Shown here piece after piece: positions 8,271-15,674 of a DNA stretch of 15,674 bases. The position numbers and the translations under genes are program-made. This DNA comes from Synechococcus sp. (lineage in GTDB: Bacteria > Cyanobacteriota > Cyanobacteriia > Thermostichales > PCC-7336), in the NCBI GenBank assembly GCA_051439425.1, contig JBFRWD010000150.1:1-15674 (forward strand), given 5' to 3'. Numbering within the stretch: the stretch's first letter is position 1; each line of letters starts with the position of its first letter. Below the pieces are notes generated by a model. That model ran no database searches, had not been told where the DNA came from, and saw only the letters and a list, made by a program, of their open reading frames with translations.

Positions 8271-9002
8271 GTGATGAATATGCGTACTGGCTTAACACGA
8301 TCGTCGATCGCTCCTCGCATAGGTATGGCATCCGGAGCGGGAATAGCTCTGGGGATGGGCATGGCACTCGCTCTAACCCTATCGGCGCGGGCCGAGACCG
8401 ATGCTTACGCTCCATTTCACGCCATTATGAACACCGGCAGTTGCATCGAGTGCGACCTGGAAAATGCCAATCTGCAGGGGGCCGATCTCAGCTACACCAA
8501 CCTGCAAGGAACCAACCTGCAAGGGGCCAAGCTCTATCGTGGTGGGCCGCAGCCAGCTAGCTTGGAAGGTTCCAACTTGGAGGCGGCTAACTTGCAGCTA
8601 GCCGATCTGCGTAACGTGAATCTACGCGGTGCCAATCTAGCGAGAGCCGATTTGACCCAGGCAAATTTGTTCGGTAGCGACTTGCGCGGAGCCAACTTGG
8701 AGGGGGCCGATTTGCGCGGAGCTAATCTCGATCGGGCTCAACTGTTTGCATCCAGCCTGGACTCCACTCTTGTTAGCTTCAATCCTGCTCTCCAGAACGC
8801 AGCCCACCTCGAAGACGCCCCCGCGATCGCCCATTCCCAAGGAACAGTCGTTGCCGCTGGGGATATTCTGTCGCTGATGCTGAGCGCCAATCGCGACTCT
8901 AAAGCCTTAGCCGTCCAGTTGAACGGGGCGCTCTTCGATCGCAGTACCCAATTTCCGGATGGCTTCGATCCAGAAAAAGCAGGGATGACCTTCATGCCTT
9001 GA
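8271..9002 (+). CDS. Exported pentapeptide repeat protein
   Basis: Signal-peptide-like N-terminus ending ARA-ET, TGSCIECDL cap, many A(D/N)Lxx repeats, C-terminal GALFDRSTQFPDGFDPEKAGM. Start could be GTG 8271, ATG 8274 or ATG 8280. Confidence 0.9.
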   Translation: MMNMRTGLTRSSIAPRIGMASGAGIALGMGMALALTLSARAETDAYAPFHAIMNTGSCIECDLENANLQGADLSYTNLQGTNLQGAKLYRGGPQPASLEGSNLEAANLQLADLRNVNLRGANLARADLTQANLFGSDLRGANLEGADLRGANLDRAQLFASSLDSTLVSFNPALQNAAHLEDAPAIAHSQGTVVAAGDILSLMLSANRDSKALAVQLNGALFDRSTQFPDGFDPEKAGMTFMP

Positions 9003-9049
9003 AATGGATAGTGTGCAAGATCGTTAGTCTTGGAGACGGAGCTTTCGAC

Positions 9050-9295
9050 TCAGTCCTGGCCAGTTACCTCTTCTGCAGATGCCATATCAACCTGGCTGGC
9101 GGGAACGACCCAGGTGCGGTCGTCTACGGTAACGCGATCACCAGCCACTAACTTCTTGCGGCGGCGGCTCTCTTCCTCACCATTGACCAGCACAAACCCA
9201 CTTTGAATCAGGTATTTGGCTTGACCTCCAGTGGCGGCGGCTCCCACCAGCTTGATAAATTGCCCCAGCTCAACCACAGTCATCGGTTCGTTCAT
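9050..9295 (-). CDS. RNA-binding S4 domain protein (YaaA/YbcJ-like)
   Basis: ELGQFIKLVGAAATGGQAKYLIQSGFVLVNGEEESRRRKKLVAGDRV. Start ATG 9295 or 9283; the ORF track extends to 9349. Confidence 0.9.
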   Translation of the reverse strand: MNEPMTVVELGQFIKLVGAAATGGQAKYLIQSGFVLVNGEEESRRRKKLVAGDRVTVDDRTWVVPASQVDMASAEEVTGQD

Positions 9296-9434
9296 TCCCT
9301 CGTTCCCATCTGTTTTCAAGTCAGAGACAAGAAACCCGGCGCTGTTCACTCATCCAAACAACACCGGGTCAGGTTAATACGCAAATGGCATGACTGACCG
9401 TCAAGAGCGATCGCCTCAACCATCCCCAATCGAG

Positions 9435-9752
9435 CTAGCCACCCATTCCCATTTCATTGGCCTCTGCGAATCGCTCCATGAAGCGTAGGAAGCGTTCCCA
9501 ATCGGCGGGATCGGGCATTTCGTAAATAGCTTCGATTGCCTTAAATTTGCCGTCAGCGAACTTAACCCGGACGTCGCGTGTGACCAACTCCCCCTCTTCG
9601 TCGAACATCTTCATGCCAGGAACTTCGAACATATCGGTCTCAGGGTCCTCGAATATGAACACGGCCGAACCGCGGCTACCGTCTTTGCTCCGCATTACGC
9701 GAACGTTGGAGGGAATCTCGGAGACGCCAGGAGTTAGCTCGATCTTGGCCAT
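9435..9752 (-). CDS. psb28: Photosystem II assembly factor Psb28
   Basis: [12 protein letters not shown]...[21 protein letters not shown]...[27 protein letters not shown]...[15 protein letters not shown] follows the Psb28 family pattern; 105 aa from ATG 9752. Confidence 0.92.
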   Translation of the reverse strand: MAKIELTPGVSEIPSNVRVMRSKDGSRGSAVFIFEDPETDMFEVPGMKMFDEEGELVTRDVRVKFADGKFKAIEAIYEMPDPADWERFLRFMERFAEANEMGMGG

Positions 9753-10113
9753 ATATATGCATTTTTTTAAGAAGAGTTGTTTTATCATACGACATTCGAC
9801 TCAGAACCAATCACTGCAGTTCTTTACCCCCTGGGATCGTCGGGAAGAGCTGGGTACGAAAATGAGTATCTGTAGCGTAGGAGTGATGGATGCTCGCTCT
9901 CTTTCTCAGGCTTGCTGCCAATGCATTCGTCGTTTAATGACCCCCTCCATAACCAACCTGGCCGACTATCAGGCAGATGGTTGCACACAATATAAACACT
10001 TCCAGGCAAGATCCCCGAGCAAGCTTTTGTTGCGAATACCTTTGGTAATTAAGAGCAATTCCTGTGTCTTCTGCGAGCGTTGCCTTCTTTCCGTTTCACC
10101 CCACACAGAATTC

Positions 10114-10461
10114 ATGTCCGAGCAGCAAGCCATTACTCCCGTCACTCCAGTTGAACTGAATACCATTGCACCTTCCCCCAATATGCTGGGGGCGATCGCC
10201 CAGCTGATCCAGAACCTGCAGCCCCCTTCTCCTGCTGCCGACCCGATCGCTCATATCCGTGCTCTAGAAGATGCCTATCAGAACCACTGGATTTTGGGGA
10301 CCAGCGAGCTGGCTCAATTGCTCAAAATTACGCCTAAGACTTTAGTGCGTCACGAAACGATGGAACGCTATGGATTTGTGTGCGAGCGATCGGGACAGAA
10401 TGGTACGGAATTAGGTTGGCGAGTTCGCAAGCCTAAAACGAAAGGAAAAAAGAAGTCGTAA
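10114..10461 (+). CDS. Small hypothetical protein, possible HTH DNA-binding domain (115 aa)
   Basis: 3' part of ORF 9547..10461 from ATG 10114; WILGTSELAQLLKITPKTL is HTH-like, followed by GFVCERSG...GWRV and a Lys-rich tail. The upstream part of the track ORF is antisense to psb28. Confidence 0.75.
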   Translation: MSEQQAITPVTPVELNTIAPSPNMLGAIAQLIQNLQPPSPAADPIAHIRALEDAYQNHWILGTSELAQLLKITPKTLVRHETMERYGFVCERSGQNGTELGWRVRKPKTKGKKKS

Positions 10462-10591
10462 AGAGCCAACTGAAATTCCCAGTTCAGTCAATCGTTCCCA
10501 TCAATTGTTTGGAATTTCTTACCCCTGCAAAGTTGTGGAGACAACATTTGGCCTGAATTCACTCAGTTAGTCTACGTCGATCGGTGAACTC

Positions 10592-10605
10592 GTATAAATT
10601 GTTAC
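10592..10605. promoter_or_regulatory. Possible NtcA-type site (GTA-N8-TAC)
   Basis: GTA-TAAATTGT-TAC followed by A, in an AT-rich intergenic region. No TAN3T box was found at the canonical ~22-nt distance. Confidence 0.25.
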
Positions 10606-11226
10606 ACCAATCAGATATTATCAATCGCCAAATTCAAATGCCGATCGACTAGCACCTGCGTCAATCTGTTTTGGCGATGTTGTGACTCCAGTGGCTGGGT
10701 CAATGTCATGGCAATCCGCTGTAAGGCCTGGAGTGCGAAGACTGCTGAACGCTTTGATTTACAAGAAATATGATTCGAAAACCCTTCATAGAGGCTGGCC
10801 AAATGCTAAAGGCCAGACTGCTTTCTCGACTGAAGAACTTCAGGTGAAGTCGGCCAACCTTATATGTTTCTTTTTACAGAGTTTTACGATCGCGAAGACA
10901 TATTGAATACATATAAGTTGAATGAACGGAACGGCAAACGTTAGATGTCATTCTCAAATACATGAATATATGTATCGAAACTATCAAGAAGTTACTGCAA
11001 AACGTTTGCAGGATTTTGACCCAAATGGAGCGTGCGATGAGCTAGAAACATCGTGTATCCATTGAGATTGTCAAGAGCAGTGGTGGTTGATAGCATCCCA
11101 CTAGTAAAGTTTCCTAGATTGAGATTCAGCCTCTGCATTAGTTTCCTATGACCCATTGGGTAATGGCGATAAAAGTGCGGTCAGTGTGTAGAGCGTTGAT
11201 GTTGTGTTGGAGTGCAAAATTGTCAC

Positions 11227-11787
11227 ATGCTAAAGTCCGATCGATCGATTGTTATGCAACCCGCGCTGACTACCGCGTTGGCGCTAGAAACGATTTCAAT
11301 TGAGCTCGATGCACGGCATGTTCAACTGCTTCCAATTGATGTTGAGCGAGATCGAGATTTCTTATTTCAAGTGTATTCATCCACTCGCGAAGCGGAATTG
11401 AGTGTAGTGGGGTGGCCGGAGGAGCAAAAATCTGAATTCTTGCACCTGCAATTTGACGCGCAGCGAGGGTACTATCAAACGCGGTATCCGCAGGCTGAAT
11501 ACTTATGTGTTTACGTGGATCGTCGCCCGATAGGTCGTCTATATCTCGATCGCCAAGCCGGCGCATTTCGCATCTTAGACATTACCCTACTCAAACAGTT
11601 TCGAAGGCAAGGGATTGGAACAGCTATTTTGACGTCTATTTTGAAGTTGGCCAATCGAGAAAAGAAGATAGTGACGGTTCTTGTTGAACGCTACAATCCA
11701 GCGCTTCGTTTATACCGGCGATTGGGATTTCGTCAGTGTCGCGAGGCAGGGGTGTCCTATGTGATGGAATGGTCTGCAATGAATTAG
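11227..11787 (+). CDS. GNAT family N-acetyltransferase
   Basis: Acetyl-CoA motif A FRRQGIGTAIL and motif B NPALRLYRRLGF; N-terminal FLHLQFDAQRGYYQTRYP and IGRLYLDR...ILDITLL. Start could be GTG 11212, ATG 11227 or ATG 11254. Confidence 0.9.
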   Translation: MLKSDRSIVMQPALTTALALETISIELDARHVQLLPIDVERDRDFLFQVYSSTREAELSVVGWPEEQKSEFLHLQFDAQRGYYQTRYPQAEYLCVYVDRRPIGRLYLDRQAGAFRILDITLLKQFRRQGIGTAILTSILKLANREKKIVTVLVERYNPALRLYRRLGFRQCREAGVSYVMEWSAMN

Positions 11788-11943
11788 AGGCAACGAAAAC
11801 AAAGCATAGACGTGGGTGCAATTGCTTCTGAGGTCTATAGCAATCCGCTCTAAGGTCTAGAGTGTTGAGAAAGCTAGAATCCCTTATTGGCAAGGAAAAG
11901 TGCTTGGGAAACTCCCCATAGCAGATTGCCGATCGCCATAGTT

Positions 11944-14046
11944 CTAAACCCACCCCTTAACTTCCCCGTCTGTTAACGATTGTTCCAGTTTTACATACTC
12001 ACTTTTTGCCGATTGTAATAGGTGTTTCATCTGGATGGGTTCTTTGTTGTCTGCCGCAAAAAATGCGGCATTTAAGGCAATATTGCGAATATTCCCCCCC
12101 GCGACATGCAGTTTGGCCAGCTTTTTGCAGTCCAATCCCTCTGTGGGAGTTTGAGCCGGAAACATCCGTTGCCAAATGGCCTCCCGCTGGGCAGCATCGG
12201 GAAACGGAAATTGCACCACAAATCGAATTCGACGTAAAAAGGCTCGGTCGATCGCGCTCTTGATATTTGTCGTCAAAATGGCCAATCCGCGATATGCTTC
12301 CATCCGCTGCAATAGATAGCTGACTTCGATATTGGCATGGCGATCGTGGCTATCTTTCACCTCCGTACGTTTGCCAAACAACGAATCCGCCTCGTCAAAG
12401 AGCAAGATGACCCCGCCCCCCTCGGCTGCGTCGAATACCCGCCGTAAATTCTTCTCCGTTTCGCCAATGTACTTGCTGACCACGGAACTCAAATCGATGC
12501 GATACACATCCAATTGCAAGTGATGCCCTAGCACTTCTGCCGCCAAGGTCTTTCCCGTTCCACTTCCTCCGGCGAACAGGGCCGAAATTCCCAATCCTCT
12601 GCCGCTTTTGCTGCCAAACCCCCATCGTTCGTACACCTGCGATCGGTGCTGGATGTGGGTGGCAATATCTTTCAATATCCCGCGCTCCTTGTCCGGTAGC
12701 ACTAAATCCTCCCAACCTGCCGATGAATCAATCCGTTGGGCTAGCTCGTCCAATCGCGGTCGCGCCTGTTCTCGACACACCGTCCATAACTGCTGCGATA
12801 ACTGTGCCGCAGATTCGCCACGAGACTCATCGTGATTCGATTCGTCGTTCCCGGATGATGTCTGATGATTCGGTCGTGTTTGGTTGCCAGATAATTCCCG
12901 ATCGCTCGATACTGCCTTGCTATTGCTATGCCAACCATCGATTTTGAGCGATGCGGACTGAATCGCTGTTGCACTCATATTGAAATGGGACACCAACGCA
13001 TCGATATGTCCGTTCAACTGATTGGCTCGTTCTCCCAATGCCCCCTGCCATGCTTGCCGTTGCTCGGCAGTGCTTGGAGCGGTGACATCAAACGTGACGC
13101 AGGTTCGCATTCGTTGAGGCCGCCGAACTTGGCTGGCGATTATGCATGGGGTCGATAGAGCATCTAAAAATTGAGCGATTGCTCGATTGCGATCGTCCTC
13201 GCGCACGTCCACCCAATCGCAATCCAGCAGCACCACCCGCTTGCTCAAATGCCACTCTCGCTCGCACAAACAGCGCACCAACTGCAACTGAGTGCTATCC
13301 GTCGGTAAGGCTTCCGAGGACAGGACAAAGGGAACAAGTTCTAATGTTTGGCACGTATGAATGCCGATCGCCCGTTTGCCCTCCACATCGCTACCGCATA
13401 ATTGCAGATTGGGCAGGTCGCGATCGCGTTTCGACGCCTGCAGCCATGTATTCGCCATCTGGATGACGAGGTGTTGGTGAGAGGGCACCAGTGTAGTTTT
13501 GGACGATAGGGGGAGTTCGAGCTGTTGCAGGCGGGAGTCCAGCGAGTGCATCTCCATCAGTGCATTCAAGACTCGCTCGTCAATCCGCAATACGCTACTC
13601 GCCAGCGAATTTCCTGCTCCGATGTCGAGTAGATGCCAGCGTCGCAATGCCGCAGTAGGCGACAACGCTCCCCAATAGGCGTTCGGAAAGACGGCCAGTG
13701 CCAGTTGAGCGGTGGGATACGTTTTATGGGGGTGCCCCTGTGCCTCGGCCAACAGTTGCTCCCAATCCCCCTCCAATTCCATCCCCGCACACAGGAGCAA
13801 CACATCTCGTTCGAAAGGGGACAGGCTGAATGTCTGGCACAGTTTTTCTAGCGAGCTGAGGGGGGAGAGTTCGGAAGGTTCGAGAGGGGGAAGAGCAATG
13901 GGCTGAGGGGGATCGTCGACGTTACGCAAGATGTGAGCGTTGAGAGCGGTGCGGATGCGGGCGATCGCCTGTACCAGATACTCCTGGTTTGCCTCAAGCC
14001 AGACTGACAATTGTGTTGGTGGGGCGGATGGAGTGGAGATAGGCAT
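11944..14046 (-). CDS. AAA+ ATPase, Afp15/Pvc15-like (eCIS-associated)
   Basis: N-terminal FSLSPFERDVLLLCAGMEL...ALSPTAALRRWHLL...LRIDERV; C-terminal WEDLVLP, GLGISALFA, Walker A GGSGTGKT (12547-12570), IDLSSVVSKYIGETEKNL, Walker B LLFDEAD, DRHANIEVSYLLQRME, DRAFLRR, GGNIRNIALNAAF. Directly downstream of a DUF4255 gene. Confidence 0.9.
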   Translation of the reverse strand: MPISTPSAPPTQLSVWLEANQEYLVQAIARIRTALNAHILRNVDDPPQPIALPPLEPSELSPLSSLEKLCQTFSLSPFERDVLLLCAGMELEGDWEQLLAEAQGHPHKTYPTAQLALAVFPNAYWGALSPTAALRRWHLLDIGAGNSLASSVLRIDERVLNALMEMHSLDSRLQQLELPLSSKTTLVPSHQHLVIQMANTWLQASKRDRDLPNLQLCGSDVEGKRAIGIHTCQTLELVPFVLSSEALPTDSTQLQLVRCLCEREWHLSKRVVLLDCDWVDVREDDRNRAIAQFLDALSTPCIIASQVRRPQRMRTCVTFDVTAPSTAEQRQAWQGALGERANQLNGHIDALVSHFNMSATAIQSASLKIDGWHSNSKAVSSDRELSGNQTRPNHQTSSGNDESNHDESRGESAAQLSQQLWTVCREQARPRLDELAQRIDSSAGWEDLVLPDKERGILKDIATHIQHRSQVYERWGFGSKSGRGLGISALFAGGSGTGKTLAAEVLGHHLQLDVYRIDLSSVVSKYIGETEKNLRRVFDAAEGGGVILLFDEADSLFGKRTEVKDSHDRHANIEVSYLLQRMEAYRGLAILTTNIKSAIDRAFLRRIRFVVQFPFPDAAQREAIWQRMFPAQTPTEGLDCKKLAKLHVAGGNIRNIALNAAFFAADNKEPIQMKHLLQSAKSEYVKLEQSLTDGEVKGWV

Positions 14047-14132
14047 GGGCTTGCGTTACTGCCGGTTAGAAGTCCTGTCATGTGTCAGCGGAACCACAAT
14101 GGGGCAATCGCTCGCCACCAGGCTTGCTGCAT

Positions 14133-15419
14133 TTAATCCAGAGTGATTTTGGGAGCGGAATACCAGCGGAAGGTGGGGCTGTTTGGCTCGGTGTCAATGC
14201 TGAGGGGGGACGACGCTCCATCCACCTGGAGGCGGACTAGGTACGAGCCCGCCCGCACGTTACGCAATGAAAAGGCGACGGTGTGGGACGGTGTGGGGCG
14301 AGTATGGGCTTCAAATTGATAGGCGACAGGATGTTGGACCGACCACTCGTTGAGAGCCAACACAACCGTTTGTTCGGGGGACAATGACAGGTCGATGTGG
14401 AGGACTAGTTCTGCATCTCGTTCATCGTCCCCAACATCGTCTAAATCGCGCAATTGCAGGTCAGTGATTTGGGGACAAAGAACGAATGGCATGACATTTG
14501 ACTGCACCAGTTGGCGATCGATGACAGTGGTTCCGACGCTACCCGTAGGCGAGGAGGGGCGGTGAATGACATTGAGAGTTTGCACTCCAGCTCGCAACCG
14601 ATTGCGATCGAGGGTTGATAGGGCAACGGTGAGCTGGCCCGGTTGAATGTCGGTGGGTCCTGCCTCTAGGTCCCCAATCCGCACCACAGTCTCCGGCCCC
14701 TGCAGTTGCTTGCCCACAATTGACAGCGTGCTGGTGGCCACGATGGGGGAAAAGCGGCCTGTTTGGGCCACCACTTCGTCCACCTCCGGTTGACCGCGAT
14801 AGGGCAAGGCCGAATAACTCGGAAGTTCGCGCACGGGGAGTGCCCGCTTGAGCAACTCTTCCCCCTCCACGATCGCCACTGAGGCTTTGTAGGCCACCGA
14901 CAGGGCATATGGAGTTTGGAAGAACACCGACCAGACTTTCGACAAGTCGTCTAGCGACATATCCAGCGGAGAAATGGCGATGTCTTCCACTTGATGGGCT
15001 AGATCCGAGTCTGCTAAATACGAAAATGTACTATCGCTAATGGCATCTTGAATGGCTTCGGTGTCGAGAGTGCTGAGATCGGAGAGGGTGCGGATGGTGC
15101 TGCCCAGCAAACGCTGCGGTTCGTGTTCACCATCGTTGCCGTAAAAGCTGAGCATGTAGTGCAAATCCAGGCCAGTCCGCGATCGCTTGGCCATGGTGCC
15201 CTTGCGCTGGCGACCGTGCAATTCGGCAGTGGTATGCCAGACATGGTTGGGGGTGACTTGAAAGAGGTAGAGATTGACGCCAATTTCCAATACCCCACTT
15301 TCTACCGCATTGGGGCGAGACACTGTGACGCGGGCTCCATCCACATCCCGTTGGACTGCGGCCTGAATTTTTTTCTGCAGTACTGCCGTAACTGTGGCGA
15401 TCGCCAAGTGGTTACTCAT
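14133..15419 (-). CDS. DUF4255 / Pvc16(Afp16)-like protein with C-terminal Ig-like extension (428 aa)
   Basis: MSNHLAIATVTAVL, VNLYLFQVTPN, LDLHYMLSFYG, QRLLG, MSLDDLSKVWSVF, YALSVAYKASV are DUF4255-like; beta-rich C-half (LSIVGKQL, SNVMPFVL, GSYLVRLQVDGASS). ATG 15419 is preceded by a GAGGA RBS. Confidence 0.85.
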   Translation of the reverse strand: MSNHLAIATVTAVLQKKIQAAVQRDVDGARVTVSRPNAVESGVLEIGVNLYLFQVTPNHVWHTTAELHGRQRKGTMAKRSRTGLDLHYMLSFYGNDGEHEPQRLLGSTIRTLSDLSTLDTEAIQDAISDSTFSYLADSDLAHQVEDIAISPLDMSLDDLSKVWSVFFQTPYALSVAYKASVAIVEGEELLKRALPVRELPSYSALPYRGQPEVDEVVAQTGRFSPIVATSTLSIVGKQLQGPETVVRIGDLEAGPTDIQPGQLTVALSTLDRNRLRAGVQTLNVIHRPSSPTGSVGTTVIDRQLVQSNVMPFVLCPQITDLQLRDLDDVGDDERDAELVLHIDLSLSPEQTVVLALNEWSVQHPVAYQFEAHTRPTPSHTVAFSLRNVRAGSYLVRLQVDGASSPLSIDTEPNSPTFRWYSAPKITLD

Positions 15420-15674
15420 ATCCGTCCTCAACCTGAGTTCGATAGCCCACACCAGCCCCTCTTCCACTCTCTGCCAGTGTGACGGAGTCTTATCGGCCTG
15501 TGCAGTCAACAAAAGTCGAGCATGGAGTGGGATGAAGGCAGACAGATGAGATGACGTTAGCCCGACCTAAGTTCGCTAAACCTCATCCCCAGCCCATCAC
15601 CCACATTTGGAGTAGGGAGCAAGATACAATAAAAAAAAATAGTTTAGTTGATCTATTATCCATTGATTATAAAT

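Larger units (their letters stand above)
837..15404. repeat. Dispersed HIP1 octamers (GCGATCGC)
   Basis: Perfect copies start at 837, 1560, 2208, 3727, 4224, 5090, 5506, 6205, 6228, 7269, 7824, 8823, 9407, 10192, 13420, 13961, 15179 and 15397, plus many CGATCG cores. Confidence 0.9.

Noticed and set aside
9547..10113. First ~190 codons of the 304-aa ORF 9547..10461
   Set aside because: Overlaps psb28 antisense and its upstream region; only the part from ATG 10114 looks protein-like.
10611..10906. Small ORFs 10611..10802 (-) and 10682..10906 (+)
   Set aside because: No motifs or clear RBS, and they overlap each other; treated as chance ORFs, though not strictly excluded.
15420..15512. 31-aa N-terminal extension of the DUF4255 ORF
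   Set aside because: The family-typical start MSNHLAIA at 15419 has a GAGGA RBS; the extension begins at TTG without support.
15640..15648. TAGTTTAGT, reverse complement of the TetR half-site ACTAAACTA, upstream of DUF4255
   Set aside because: Half-site only, with no partner arm at 6-nt spacing, in AT-rich DNA; probably chance.

Overview
Cyanobacterial chromosomal window (at least 18 perfect HIP1 octamers GCGATCGC, psb28, devBCA-type exporter). Left to right: (1) a minus-strand gene absent from the ORF track because it runs off the left edge (<1..2087, at least 695 aa, hand-translated with no stop), encoding a TIR domain, a STAND-like P-loop NTPase and near-identical 138-bp/46-aa TPR repeats, i.e. 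an NLR-like candidate immune receptor; (2) an orphan family-1 solute-binding lipoprotein; (3) a TetR regulator divergent from devB-devC-devA, with a sigma70-type promoter overlapped by a palindromic operator; (4) a secreted pentapeptide-repeat protein, an S4-domain protein, Psb28 and a small HTH-like protein; (5) a ~760-bp AT-rich intergenic region, a GNAT acetyltransferase and, converging on it, a DUF4255 (Pvc16/Afp16-like) gene plus an Afp15/Pvc15-like AAA+ ATPase. The last two are marker genes of extracellular contractile injection systems (eCIS), but no sheath, tube or baseplate gene is in the window. The most interesting items are the TIR-NTPase-TPR receptor with homogenised, locally variable repeats and the apparently detached eCIS module. 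All family assignments come from motif recognition, not database searches.
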